A DNA stretch of 64,000 nucleotides from Octopus vulgaris (Eukaryota): NCBI GenBank assembly GCA_951406725.2, contig OX597822.1:11904001-11968000 (forward strand), given 5' to 3'. A model generated the notes under the pieces. It had not been told where the DNA came from, searched no databases, and saw nothing but the letters and a program-made list of their open reading frames with translations. Numbering within the stretch: the first letter of the stretch is position 1; each line of letters starts with the position of its first letter. The translations under genes were made by a program, and so were the position numbers. Below are positions 13,052 to 27,500 of the stretch, piece by piece.

Positions 13052-14820
13052 GTCATTTTACATTTACTTTTAATCTGCATGTTTGATGCAATCACTTGCC
13101 GGGGCACACCCAGCGCCCTAGGGCAAATGAAGGTTAAGTGTTGTTGAAATATAGCTGAAAGCTTGGGGAGGGAAGTAGAGAAATATCTCCATGTAATACA
13201 ACACAAACATTTACATTGATAGTGTTTTTCTAAGGATGTGGGCAGTACTTGTTAGTACAATCTTTTGGACTTCCTTGAGACATGGTTCTCCAGGGATATT
13301 GTCTAGTTGTTTCTGACATCCCTTTTTTATCATACCTAGGGCACCTACAATAACAGGAACAGTTTTTGTTTTAAGATTCCACATCTTTTGTATTTCGATT
13401 TCCAGGTCCTTATATTTACTAAGTTTGTCAAATTCCTTTACAGATATATTTTTATCAGTGGGGACGCTTACCTCTATTAGTCTGCAGGTATTTTCTTCCC
13501 TGTCTTTAACAATTATGTCTGGTCGATTAGCCTTGATCGTTCTGTCAGTGTTGACTGGAAAATCCCAGAGGATGGTGACATTTTACCTTCAACAACTGGC
13601 TGAGGATGGTGTTCATACCAGTTAGCAGGAGTGCCGAATTTGTAGTGTTTACATATCTTCCAATGTATATACTGTCCTACCCTATCGTGGCGATTTTTGT
13701 ATTCGTTTGGTGTCAGCACAGGACATCCCGAAACGAGATGGTCTATTGTTTCGTCAAATGTGTCGCAGAATCTGCATTTAGGGTCAGTACCGTTTCGGAG
13801 AACGTTAGCCTGGTAATTTCTGGTAAACAAGCTTTGATCTTGTGCTGCCAGTATGAAGCCTTCAGTCTCTGCTTTCAATCCTGAACTCTTCAGCCACTGA
13901 TGGGTTGTTGCTTGGTCTACATCAGCATTTTGGCTTCGGAGAAAATATTGTCCATGCAGGGGCTTCTGGCTCCACCGCCTCTCAATTTGATTCTGCCCGT
14001 TCTTTTTGCAGTCTGCTTGATTCGCTTTGCTTGCTTGGTAGCAGTGGTTTTCGGCTCTTCATCTGATTCAAGATTAATGTCTAGTTCCCTTTCGAACTTA
14101 TAAGCTTCCTTGAAAATACAATGCAGCTTTTTGCTGCTTTCGTGTTCGCACACAAGTCGCAGCATTCAGTCCTTTGTACTAGATAGGTACCTGTTCATTC
14201 CTACAGTAGAGGTCTTATAGCACAGCTCTAATTGCATCATTCCTCTCCCCCCGCTGCTTCTAGGTAGGTACAGGCGGTCTACATCTGCCTTAGGGTGGTG
14301 CATGTTCTTGGATGTCAGTAATTTCCTTGTCTTCCTGTCCAAGCGTTGGAGTTCCGTAAGGTTCTAGTTAATGATGTTAAAACTGTACTGGACTACTGGA
14401 AGTGCCAAGGTGTTAATGGCCTCAATGCAATTTTTGGAGTTGAATTCAGTCTTCAGTACAAGCCTTATTCTCCTATAGTATTCCTTTCTTATTTTTTCCT
14501 TCATAGTAGCATGATGTATACCATCTCCTTCGTTGATTCCTAGGTATTTGTAACTTTCTTGTGGGTCAAGTTCCTTGATGGTAGTGTCAATATCTAATTT
14601 AACAGAAGCTGTTTGCCTGAGCTTGCCTCTTACAAAAGTTGCTTTAGCACACTTATCAAGGTCAAAATCCATTCCGATATCATTGCTAAATTCTTTAACA
14701 GTTTTTAGCAGCCCTTCTAGCTCTTGGTCATTCCTGGCAAACAGCTTTAGGTCGTCCATATAGAAAAGGTGATTTATTGACTTACTAAAAACTTTGTACC
14801 CATATCTGGTACTATCCAAT
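13051..14820 (-). mobile_element. 5'-truncated R4/Dong-clade LINE (RT C-half, CCHC knuckle, restriction-like endonuclease), frameshifted
   Basis: Motifs HLFYMDDLKLF, YKYLGI, ETEGFILAAQDQ, CRFC..HLVSGC..RHD and RPDIIVKD..IEVSVP..KLSKYKDL. The 3' end runs into (TAA)n at 12983-13050. Confidence 0.92.
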
Positions 14821-14903
14821 TTGTTTTGTTATTAATATTATTAATATCTTTTCCAAATTTTCTTTTTATTAATATTATCATTATTATTATTATTATTATT
14901 ATT

Positions 14904-15597
<694 letters not shown>

Positions 15598-16314
15598 CAT
15601 TATTATTATTACAGACCAGTTGTCGTAGTACAGTTAGTATATTCCAAATTACTGAATTAAACGTCTTCAAGTAGTTTCACGACTTAATAAATATGTCAAA
15701 GTATTTAATAGAAGACTGGAATTTGATGTTGTAATATATTTCTTATTCGCAATTTGCAGGTGGATTAATATTTAGCCAATTTTTACGTTGTCTGGATTAA
15801 AAGCAATATATCTACCGTCTTTATAACTGCGTATTTAAATCTTGTAGTTGCTGGTAGGTTCCGTGTGAAGATAGCTAGACATACTAAAATAAATGTGACA
15901 TACGCCAAGTCAGATATTGAATTTACTTTACTTAAACACGTTTATAATTAGGGTTCACTGAATACCTCATCAATAATTACTACAACAAAGTATTCTAAGT
16001 TGACTAACAATGATAAAGGTTATTTGAAGAATTATTTAAAAAAATAGAAAAAGTGTAGAAGAGGCACACTTTGTCCAAACCAAAATAAGTGCTGTTGAAT
16101 ATAATTATAATCGAAGATGGAGCTGAACTAAAACTATTTTGACATGGAAAACATCAACATGTGACATCAATAAATGCATAAATGCATAGGTCTTATGACG
16201 ATTCTTTGAAATATTCATTAAATAAAATGTATTATAGATGCAAATAACCCAAATAAATGAGTATGACATGCTTCTTTTCAAAGTTAAAATGAATTTAAAA
16301 CTCATGAAATTAAT

Positions 16315-16620
16315 GTTGACTTTAAACCCTTCGCTCCTTATGGAACATAGGCCATCAACGGCTTTTCTCCACTGTTCACGACTCGGGGTTGTTTTATTTT
16401 CCAGCTTTCCTGAAGATCCCATCTCATGTTTCCCTAAGAAAATGTTTTTCTCTCCCTGGGCTTGTTGGGGCTTGAATTTTCGTCGATGCTTCTATAATTT
16501 AGCTTCTTTCTCTAGTTAGGGACCTACGCAAATGCTTCTTTTATCTCGGGAAATATTTGTTCCATAATTGTCTGGCTTCTATCCCTTGACCTGTCCACCA
16601 TTGGAGGCTCGACCAATAAC
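16315..16620 (-). mobile_element. RTE-clade LINE-derived fragment (3' end)
   Basis: Minus-strand peptide SREQWRKAVDGLCSIRSEG resembles RTE ORF C-termini (DR..WR..V.GLCS). Confidence 0.45.
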
Positions 16621-16644
16621 TTGTGCAACTCAGTATTAAAAGCA

Positions 16645-16835
16645 CGCCGATCAAAACGCTTAACGACATTTCGTCTGTTTTACTTTCTGAGTTTAAATAC
16701 TTCCCAGGTCGACCTAACCTTTCTCTCTTTCAGGATAGGAAAAACTACTACCAGTTGAACACTGGTGTTGGATGTAATCGACTTGGACCTTTCCCCAAAT
16801 ATTCTGGCTTAGTGCCAAGATTTGAAACCAATATT
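16645..16835 (+). mobile_element. Degenerate family B SINE
   Basis: ttctgagtttaaatac..aggtcgacc..taccagttgaacactggtg..gatgtaatcgact. Confidence 0.6.
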
Positions 16836-17259
16836 AAAAGTAGGGAAAATATATTATAAAATTAAGTTTTGTCTGAGATTTTTACATTTTGTCTAAGGAT
16901 TTAATGGACTAGTGAGAAAAATATTTCCACTTTCATGTTTATACAGGAAGAAGAAAAAGATGCATTAAATAAATTTGGTTGCTCAAGTGGCAAGATAAAG
17001 TGGTTTGATCTTCTTAAATCAGGAAACTTTACTCGAAATCTAAAGAATAAACTCAGCTAAATTCACACAAGAACCGGGTGGTGTGGTTAAACTGCGCAGC
17101 AAATTAGGTCTCTCAGCGACAAAGTCCGAACAGAAAGATCCGCAAAACACTTCGTTTGATGTTCGAGCAATTCTGTCAATCCATACCATGGAGTAAAGAT
17201 TATTTTATCGGTATTGAGTTGGGGAAATTAATACGTTGACCGTTGTAGCATTTTAAATA

Positions 17260-17568
17260 AGGATGTTTCAAATTTTGGCACAAAGCCAGCACTTAAGAGG
17301 GAAGGTAAGTCGATTACACTGACCCCAGTGCTTATTCTTTTATTCCTTTAATCGTTTCAGTCATTTGACAGCGGCCAGGTTGGAGCACCACCTTTAGTCG
17401 AGCGCATCGACCCCAGGACTTATTATTTGTAAGCCTACTATTTATTCTATCGGTCAGTTTTGCCGAACCGCTAAGTTACGAGGACGTAAACACACAAGCA
17501 TCGGTTGTCAAGCGATATTGGGGGACAAACATAGACACTAACATACACACACACAAACACACGCGCGC

Positions 17569-17599
<31 letters not shown>

Positions 17600-17880
17600 C
17601 GATGGGATTCTTTCAGTTTCCGTCTACTAAATCCACTCGGCCCGAGGCTATAGTAGAAGACACTTGCCCAAGGTACCACGCAGTGGGACTGAACCTGAAA
17701 CCGTGTGGCTGGTAGACAAGCTACTTACTACACAGCCACCCCTGCGCCTAGCTGGTATTTATTTTATCAACTCCGTATGGATGAAAGGCAAAATAGGACC
17801 ATGGCGGAATTTGAGCGTAAAGGTAGACAAAAATGCCGCAAAACATTTTGCTCGGCATGAAGACGATTCTAAGAGCTGGA
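17260..17880 (-). mobile_element. Family A SINE (~17333-17750) nested inside a family B SINE
   Basis: The family B halves (..gtcgattacactgaccccagtgct | gctggtatttattttatcaac..gatgaaaggcaaa) flank a complete family A copy. Confidence 0.75.
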
Positions 17881-18808
17881 ATAAATATCCCATTCTAAAT
17901 TGTCACCCATCTCGTCTTCATGACTGTTCAAGGAAAGGAAGGGAATGCGCTGAAGAAGATGGGCTTCTCGATCACGTGTCATATGATCAGTTTTCAATAT
18001 CCAAAAAGAAAAAAAAACAAATAAAATGTCCATAAGAGGTGTAGAAAAAACTCTGGATGACACAAGCCCTTGAGAGAGTTTACTTTTTGTTAGGTTGTCA
18101 CAAAACCAGAAGTCGTCAATTAGATACGAATCCTGTTCTTGAACGGTGGTGGACGCGGCGATGGTGGTGGATTCGCCGCACGAACCACTGGACTCCTATG
18201 TCATTAGGATCATGAAAGCTTTCAAAATTGTCACTCGGTAGCAAACAGGAAAATAGTCTCTGATCTGTAGAAACGTGAGAATCTTGATCCTCAGATGCGC
18301 TACTTCGTAGTGCAATAACGTATACGATCTTTAATTCTCCAAAGGACTTGTAAAAAGCTGTAGAGACAAGGAAGTTTAAACAACAGCCACAATAGCAGCA
18401 GTAACATCGGCAGAACAACATGGCAAATCTATTGACAGTTGTCATATCTGACAATAGAACGAGAGGGGACAATAAATATCGCGTGTCCGGTTCCACTGCT
18501 TACAACAAAATATCTCATCTCAGATTCTGAAAATTGAGATTTAAAGTGACTCTTTCAATTCGTCTTCAAATATATTTACATTTATTTGTCTTCCATTCGA
18601 TAATTCTCAACATTCACTTGTCCAAACACACTTCCTTTGTCTCTCCTTCTCTCTCTCACTCTCTGTCTCTCATTCCTTGTCACAGCCATTCTTTCTGTCT
18701 CTCTCACACAATCTTTGTCTCTCTACTAGCATCACTTTCTCAATCCCTCTCTTTCGCTCTCTGTCCCATGCACATTATCAGTAGGTATATTTATATATAC
18801 CTACATAC

Positions 18809-18963
<155 letters not shown>

Positions 18964-19159
18964 TATATATATATATATATATATGTATATGTATGTGTAT
19001 ATTTAAAGGGCTAAGAACCATTATGTGGACAGCCATATGCTAGAAGTAGATCACCTACGATCAAACTACAAAGAGAGAATGTTCTCTAGAGAAAAATTCA
19101 GCGGACACCAGAACAATATGCGGGCAAGACAGAAGAAAGTTATATAAAAACCAAGAATT

Positions 19160-19236
19160 AATCGCAAACCGGTTTCGTCTATTAACGAATAAATCACTTA
19201 CGTAATCCTTCGTCCGTAGGACTCGTCAGTACGATC
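19160..19236 (-). ncRNA. Type I hammerhead ribozyme
   Basis: Minus strand: GAUCGUA-CUGACGA-[GUC..acgaa-ggauuac-GUAA-gugauuu-auucgu..GAC]-GAAA-CCGG-UU/UGCGAUU. Stem I is 7 bp and stem III is palindromic. Confidence 0.85.
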
Positions 19237-19437
19237 GTTCCAAAAGAAATATAATTTGTAAAACTAACCACCAGTTTTCCGTATAAAAACAGACACCTGC
19301 TTAGTTCCACCGATTACATTGGGGTTAATTTCAAAAGTATTAGAATTTTCTCTGATTTTTCAGATTTTTGTATGCTAGGCTACTGCTTTTAAATTGATAT
19401 TAATTAAATCAATATTCAATATATCTCCCTCTTTATT

Positions 19438-19498
<61 letters not shown>

Positions 19499-19624
19499 AT
19501 ATGTATATATATATATATATATATATGAATTTATATATATATATATATGTATGTATATATAGATACATATAAATATATATATATAAATGTATATATATAT
19601 ACATATATATATGAATTTATATTT

Positions 19625-22600
19625 TTTTATTTATTTTATTTATTTTATTTTATTTTATCTAGTTTCAGCTCACGAGCTGTGGCCATGCTGGGGCACCGCC
19701 ATTTGGTGTTGCTACGTGATTTTACTTCACGAATGCCTTTTAGCAACTGCCATTTGGTGCATGAGAGAGTTCGATGCAGCTGGCCTCATCTGCACCTCCT
19801 GCCGTGAAGTTGGTTCATCCGGGACACCTGACAGGAAGAGATCCAGTCCTACATTACAGACATCCGCATTCACCCCAAGCAGGTCCCTCAGGTTCTTCGG
19901 GAGGATATCGAAGAGCTGTGGGCCTCTGAAGCCCAGGCTATCACAGTATCTTGTCCTACATCTTGATGGCAAATTTGGAGTCCTTGGCACCACGCAGTGC
20001 CGCCTAGTTCTGGCATTTGTGTAACTCTCGATGCCAAAGTTTGGGACAAGTCCCTCCAGGATCCTCCAGATGTATATTATCGCATATCTTTCTCGCCTAC
20101 GCTCCAAGAAATAGAGTTATAATCTCTTGAGTCTTTCCCAGTAGCTTATATGCTGCACAGAGGCTATCTTATTCGTGTAGTTTCGTTGGATCGCCTCAAA
20201 TTCTGTGATCAACTTGACACTGGATGGTGACCATAGCTGAGAGCAATAGTCAAAGTGGCTTAGGACAAGTGTCCTCCAGAGGACCATCATGGTTTCTTGT
20301 TCTAAATGTTCTAAGAATCCATCCGGCCAGCCGTCTACATTTCATTACCAATTTAGCAACATGGGATTGCAATCCCTCCAGGTCCAGTGTATTGCATTTA
20401 GTTTTGCATGCTGATAGCATAAAGCTTGAAGCTTTTCAGCATTGAACTGCATGCTATTCTTTTCAGCCCACTTGTATATTTTGTCCAGCTCACATTGCAG
20501 GTGCTTAGTGTCTTCAGGGTTTTGTATTGTGTGTGAAACTTTTGTATCATCTGCATAACCTGTGATCGCGGCTCTCCGCGCGGCCGAGGGCAAGTCCGAA
20601 AGGGCCACCATGAACAGCAGTGGTCCCAAAACAGCGCCCTACGGAACACCGCTCGCTATTTACTACCACCTGACTTCTATCCTTCAGAAAGTCATGAAGC
20701 CATTCTCTCAATCCTCCAACCATGCCAAAATAACGCAGTTTGTATCATTCCATGATCGACTTTATCAAAGGCCTTTGCAAAGTCGAGATATATCACTTCC
20801 ACATTTGAGGGGTTGAGCAGTCGTTTCCGCCACCCAGTCATAGTGTTGTAGGAGCTGAGTTAAGCAGCTTCTTCCTGGTCGGAAACCATGTTGAGTGTCA
20901 GGCAGCATGTCATTTTCTTCAAGGAAGGTGATTAGTTTCCTTCTGACTATTCGTTCCGTGACCTTGCTGATGTGCGAGACCAGAGAGATAGGTCTGCAGT
21001 TCTTGGCCTCCGCTCCGATACCTCCTTTATTAATAGGGCATATTTTACCTTCCTTCAGTTTTCTTCGAAGTTTGCCAGTTGCAAGGAAGCTCTGAAAGAG
21101 GAACTGCAGTGGTCTTGCTAGGACTCTCTTACATACTTTTAGAAGGATTGCCGGGAATCTATCGGGGCCAGTAACTGAGTTAGTTTTCATCTATAGCCTT
21201 TATTACATCGTCTTCCTTTATATTGATATAATCAATCATCGCTGCCTCTGATTTTATATCTGCAGTGATAAAGAAGTCAGTTGGATTGCTGATTTGGAAA
21301 TGCCCAAGGGGGGGGAGTGAAAACACTCTTGAATTGCTCATTTAGTATTTCACTTACCCTCATTGGATTTCCTGTGAGTGTGCCATCCTTTTCAAGGAGT
21401 GGCTCTATCCTACAGTGCACCGTAGCTGTTTCTTTGGCATACCTGTAGAAAGCTCTGGGGTTAGATTTTATGTTGTCTATATATTTTATGTTTTCTATAG
21501 CCCAGCCTTCTTTGTCTGATCTTTCCTTTTCATGGGAGAGTTGCAGATATTTTTCAATTTCCAACAGTTTTATTTTCAGGCGGGACTTTTCACTGCTTTC
21601 AATTTGTTTGTTTAGGCAATTTGAAACTTTTGTACGCCGTCTCATTAGAATTTTCCTCTCTCTGGGGATTTTGTTCTTGTGTACAGTGGCCTTTCTCTCT
21701 GGGACACATATGTAGCATATGGCTTGCATTACAGACATGAATTGTTGAAGTTTCATGTCGATGTCTGGCGACGAGAGACATTCAGGCCAGTTTTGTTTGA
21801 GGATATCTTTCTCAATTTGTTTCCAGTTTACCTTATGGAAGTTCAAGCTGGAAAGATTCTGAGAGTTTCTTGTAGGCTGCATGTCCATGCTTTCCTTTGG
21901 CCCGTACATGGTCAGCTCTACCATGTTGTGATCCGAGAGTAGTGTCGGTGTCATTAACACATTATGGATGAGATCCATATTATTTGTGAAGCAGAGATCC
22001 AGTATGTTACCTGCCCTGGTTGGTTGGAGAATTACTTGCTCCATGTACAGGGTGTTGATGAGGTTCAGGAGGGACCTCACCTGTACTCGTTCACATCGTG
22101 TCATTCCTGGGAGAGAAAGGCCCTCGGGCCATCTGACATTGGGTAGATTGAAGTCTCCCATAAGAAGTACACTTATGTGTTGTTCTAATGTGACTAGAAC
22201 TTCTTCTATTTTTATAAGGCAGTCTTCAAACTTGCCTCCATGGCTTGGGGTATCTGGAGGGCGATATGTAGCACACACAACTACACCAAGTTGCCTTATA
22301 TGTACAATTAGTGCGTCACACACCGAGTTTGAGTATGACAAAAGGACCTGTGATGTGATGTCCTCACGGATGTACATAGCAACTCCTCCATGATTCGTTT
22401 CTTTTTTGTCGGTCCGTAGTACACCATACTGTGGTATGTGTAATTCCGCATCTGCTATGTCTGGTTTCAGGTGTGTTTCCGTAAGTGCTATGCATAAGGC
22501 TTGATTGCATGCAACAAAGTCGCTCAAGAACGGGATTTTGGTCCTATTACTGAGTGTTAGCAGTCCTCTGATGTTCAGTAGGAGCATCGAGGTGAGGTGC

Positions 22601-22637
22601 ATGCTGTTGCCGGCGGTGTCCACCTTGGGTCTAGTTG

Positions 22638-22640
<3 letters not shown>
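19625..22640 (-). mobile_element. CR1-group LINE (APE endonuclease + RT), truncated just upstream of ORF2, with an intact 3' tail
   Basis: APE motifs LLNIRGL, LTETHL, GGVAMYI, YRPP, MGDFN and LSDH. RT motifs RPISLVSHISK, QHGFRPGRSC and YADDTK. 3' tail ggcggtgccccagcatggcc..ctgaaact(aaaat)n. Confidence 0.92.
19727..22602 (-). pseudogene. ORF2 (APE-RT) of the CR1-group LINE, disrupted by frameshifts and deletions
   Basis: Likely start MHLTSMLLLNIRG at 22602. The pieces are ORFs 21277-22956, 20765-21190, 20345-20629 and 19727-20107. One frameshift falls at the G-run near 21310. Confidence 0.85.
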
Positions 22641-22686
<46 letters not shown>

Positions 22687-22689
<3 letters not shown>

Positions 22690-22844
22690 GAGCGGCTGTG
22701 TGGTAAGAAGTTTGTTTCCCAACCACATGGATCCGGGTTCAGTCCCACTGTATGGCACTTTGGGCAAGTGTCTTCTACTATAGCCTTGGGCCAATGAGTG
22801 GATTGGGTAGACGGAAACTGGAAAAAGCCTGTCGTATGTGTGTG

Positions 22845-22875
<31 letters not shown>

Positions 22876-23085
22876 TTGTGTGTCTGTGTCCTCCAAACAT
22901 CCATTCACAACCGATGATGGTGGGTTTACGTCCCTGTAACTTAGGGTTTTCGGCAAAAGAGAACCGATAGCCTAAGTACTAAGCTTACACAGAATAAATT
23001 CTGGGGTCGATTCGTTCGACTAAAGGCGTTGGTCCAGAATGGCCACAGTCAAATAACTGAAACAAATTTTAAAAGAATGAAAGAA
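22687..23085 (+). mobile_element. Family A SINE
   Basis: caggagcggctgtgtggtaagaag..ccgggttcagtcccactg..tttgggcaagtgtc..tggccacagtcaaataactgaaac. Confidence 0.85.
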
Positions 23086-23914
23086 TACACATAGATCAAA
23101 GGGTGCAGGTGTGGGAGTGAGACAAAGATGGAGATGGGGTGTATATGCGTGTGTTTCTATTTGTGTGGATGTGAGTGCGAATGTAAGGCCTCCTACAACA
23201 TTGAAGGTAACAACTAAAGGAGTGTGTGGAAATGTATCGTTGAAATTATGATACAAAGCGACGTGAAATTCTGTCTTAAGAATATGCGATTACTCCTCAT
23301 TGCTACTCGGAGTAACAAAAGAGAGAAATAACAGCAACACAAGTATGCATGTATGTATATATGTATGTATGTCTCTCACACACATAAACTTGTATATAAA
23401 TAAAATCATATATATTAAAACAGTTCAAGGTGCTTACGAGAAAGAGGCTCTTTAAGATGGGTTTCCAGGTTTCTGTGGCGGAGGTATTTCGCTCGGAACA
23501 TGATGTCGTCGCAGGATTCTTCGATTTTAGCAACCGTGTTCAATGGCGTCTATGCTCAAAAGCAAAACGCATCGCTCGGTCCACGAATCGAAACAGCGAT
23601 TTTGCGATCATCTTTACAGAGCTCTAACGAAAATAAAACAAGTTTCTACACGTGTACATATACACACATAAACACAGTCACGCACGCGCACATACACTCA
23701 CACATATACACACATACACACAGACACACACATACACACATGCACACACACACATGCATATATATGTGTGTGTATAGAAGCACACACACATATATATCAA
23801 CATTATCTAGCTATCTATTTATATATATATGTATATATATATATATAGATATATACACATATACACTCACAAATATATATATATGTATATGTATACATAT
23901 ATATATGTTTGTGT

Positions 23915-23952
<38 letters not shown>

Positions 23953-23959
23953 GCGTGCG

Positions 23960-24168
23960 TTTGAGAGTGAATATTTGTGTCTGTGTTTGTCTCCACACAA
24001 TCGCTTGGTGTGATTGATGTTGGTGTGTTTACGTCCCGCAAAGTAGCAGTTCGGCGAAAGAGACCGATAGAATAAGTACAAAGCCTACAAAGACTAAGAC
24101 TTGGTGTCGATTTGTAAGGACGCAGTAAAAATGTCTGAATCAGGTAAAAGAGTAAAAGAATAAAGTAA
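23960..24168 (+). mobile_element. 3' half of a family A SINE
   Basis: ggtgtgtttacgtccc..gttcggcgaaagagaccgatagaataagtac, followed by the tail taaaagagtaaaagaataaa. Confidence 0.7.
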
Positions 24169-24188
24169 TATATATAGGCAAATGTATC

Positions 24189-24260
<72 letters not shown>

Positions 24261-24430
24261 ATTTAAGTAGTTGAATGAATTATCCTAGTATGGATAATTC
24301 GGTAAACCGATACCCGGGTAGCAAATTTACGTCAGAAAGCACGGTTGAAGCTACATGCCAAGGGCAGAAATCACGTGTTGAGAATAAAGGAATTTTATTA
24401 AATCGTCGTTCGACTCCATTCTTTCATTTA

Positions 24431-24472
<42 letters not shown>

Positions 24473-24484
24473 CTAGCAGCATAG

Positions 24485-24500
24485 CCCGGCGTTGCCCGGG
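24485..24500 (-). terminator. Helitron 3' subterminal hairpin (transposition termination signal)
   Basis: GC-rich stem-loop cccgg-gcaacg-ccggg, 8 nt upstream of the terminal CTAG. Confidence 0.85.
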
Positions 24501-24594
24501 TATGTAAGAGCCCCTAGTAGGCAACGACTAATCCCAATGTAGTCCTTTCCCTCCAGGGAACGAAGGTGCATGTGGACGTTGCAATGTCTTGTCT

Positions 24595-27500
24595 TCACTG
24601 GAATACTTCTGTATATACGATGTTCCTAGCTGTCCGTTTGGGCGAAAACATGAAAACATCATTGCGCCTCCCAACGCGTGAACAGCCCACGTAGAGTTGA
24701 CCGTGGGCGAAGCACTGTTCGCCCAAATGTAACCCAGCGACTTGTAGCGTTTGGCCTTGGGATTTATTGATGGACATTGCGAAGCAGAGTTTAACAGGAA
24801 ACTGAGAAAGCCTGAAGTGGATTGGTAGGTCAGCGCCCGACGGTTGAAGGTGCATCCGTGGAATGAAGACGTCCTCTCCCTTCCCACAACCGGTAAGTAT
24901 TGTGGCCGTTATTAAATGTGGTGCCAAATGTTTCACAACCAAACGTGTGCCGTTGCACTGTTTAGGTGGAACCAAATTCCTGATGAGCATAATGGGCGCA
25001 CCGACTTTTAACTTCAGGATGTGTGGTGGCAGGCCTGGCGGTTCAAGTGAATTCAGGAATTCAACAGGATAATCGGCAAGCTGGGCGGGGTCTGCTGTCC
25101 TATCTATAGATTTGTAGACGTGGACATCACAGGAATAGCTTCAAGTAGCTGGATATTGATGGAGTTGACGGTTGTATTTTTGGGTGCGAGAATAGCTCTG
25201 TCTGCCAGCCATTTTAGGTCGCGTAAATTGTTTTGTAGGTCGTGGAAGACAGCGTCCCGGAGGCTAGCAGGTGTGTCGACAATGGTGCAAAGTGAGTCCA
25301 ATTGAACGTAGCCATCCGCATCAGACAGCATCCTATTTTCACCGAGCGATAAGAGGTCCCTGGAGAATGCAGCGGATCCGCTGTCACCAATTAACTGCGC
25401 GCGCATGTTAGTTTGGAGGTGCAAGGGCCGCACATGTGCCCAAAGAGCTGACGACTTAAGGCACGCGCGCACGGCATCGGCATGGGTTCCTTTTGGAATA
25501 ACAGGTAGAGTCTGCCTGAAGTCTCCTGAAAGAAGTAAAGTTAATCCTCCCATGGGGGCCGTAGAGTCTCTGATGTCTTGCAGGGACCTGTCCAGTGCCT
25601 CAAGGGCGCCTTTGTGTGCCATAGTGCACTCGTCCCATACGATGAGTTTGCATCTGCGCAGAATGTCGGCCTGTTCTGAGTTCTTGGCGATGTTGCAGAT
25701 AGGTGACTCGGACTTTGCCAGATCGAGCGGGAGTCTGAAGGCAGAGTGGGCGGTTCTGCCACCCGGAAGCAACGTGGCCGCGATACCAGAGGAAGCTACA
25801 GCCAGGGCAATGTCCGTGTTGCGTCTGACCTCTGCCAGAATTAGTTTAGTGACGAAGGTTTTGCCAGTGCCGCCGGGTGCATCAAGGAAGAAAATCCCCC
25901 CACGTTGCTGTCTGACAGAGTCTACGATGGTGTTGTAGGCTATGCGCTGGTCTGGAAGCAGCCGTGGTTCATTATCTTGGACGTACTGGTGCAGTTCCTC
26001 AATGCAGTAGGAAGTTTCGCGTAACAATTCAGCAGACATAACATTGGCGTGTTCACGTGTGGGTGGTGGAAGGCCGTACTCTGTTAAAGCAGACCCACCC
26101 ATATCGATGACAGCGTCTTCGAGTTGAATGAGCGCAAAATTGTAAATGAAGTTGGTGAACGTGATCTCGGCGGAAGGGCAGTGTTGCTGAGCCGTACGTA
26201 AGAAGTCGTGCGACATGTCATCCCTGTATTCCATCCAGAGACTTAGTGGATCACTAAGCTGACATTTTTGAATAAGGATTGCGAAAAGATGTCGTAGGGC
26301 CGAATGCGTTTGCAGTAAAGCACCCTCTGCCATCGTGGCGTCCCACTGGGAGTCATCCTCTAGAAGGCCAAGTCTCATACATGCTTCCCTGAAGGTGTCG
26401 CACAGAACCCCATTGACGGTACGTATATTGCCGAAACCTGTTGGACCAGTGACCTCATGTAGAAGGAGACGGAGGTAGAAGCATTCTTGCTGGTTTGGCG
26501 GGATGTTGTAAACTCGACCCAGGCAGGAGTCAAACTTGACGCCTGGGAAGCTTTCGACGTTTTTGCCGGATTTCCGTCGAACCCAGGTGTTTTTAGACCA
26601 CACGAAGTACGATGGGACCTGTGGGTACAAAAGCGTTCGAGCGAAGTCATCACGTTGGCATAATTTGAAGAAACCAGTCAACGTTGTGTCTTTAGGGCTG
26701 GTGGCTATCTGCACAGCACTTTGCTCTGTGAAGTAAATCCGCTGTCCATTTTCCAAGTGTACAGCAAGCTGCACCACAGCCGGGTGTCTCTGATGGAGCG
26801 GGAAGCCGTAAATGCGCCAAAACGCTTCGTTGCTGCCGAGGTACCGGCCAGCCAAGTAGTTGGACACTTCGTCGCGACTGGTGGTCCTCTGGATGCTGAA
26901 CATGGCAGCATCGCTGCCTTTGTTGATATATTTGCAGACATATTGTATTGACCTGATGGAGCTGCAGAACTCAACGTTGACGTGGGCTTTGAATATCTTC
27001 GACAGGAGAGGACAGTAGGGGACAATGTAGCTGTTGTCCACTTGATGTCGCCCAACCGTAATCGTGCGGCCTCCATTGGCTGGACTCCTTCGTTTGTACA
27101 GCGGATACCCATCACCGCCTGTTTGAGTCTCCAAAGTGAACCGTTTAGGGAATCCCTTTGAGCAGGCTAATCCGTTTTTGTAGCATGGTGTGTTGGCGTA
27201 ATTTGGTCCACAGGGCCCGTGTACCATGGTAGTGCGGACAATTTCGTAGAGTCCGGGGTCCTCATCGGGGTCAGGAATCTCGGCGGAAATGAATTTGTCA
27301 ATGTCATTAGTCTCGATTTTATGAGTGAGCCAAATTAAGATGTGAGCATGTGGCAAGCCCCTCTTTTGCCACTCGACCGAAAACATGTGGCACCTGACAT
27401 GCCCGAAAATCTGACCCTTAACTATCAAATCCTTCATTTTGCCCAAATTCAGACGGAAAACCCTAGCAACGATGTCGTGTCGATGGGTGTGAGATTGACC

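Noticed and set aside
21277-22956. 559-aa ORF as a novel fusion protein
   Set aside because: The first ~118 aa are read-through of an antisense SINE and a (TA)n tract. The real coding part is LINE ORF2 from ~22602.
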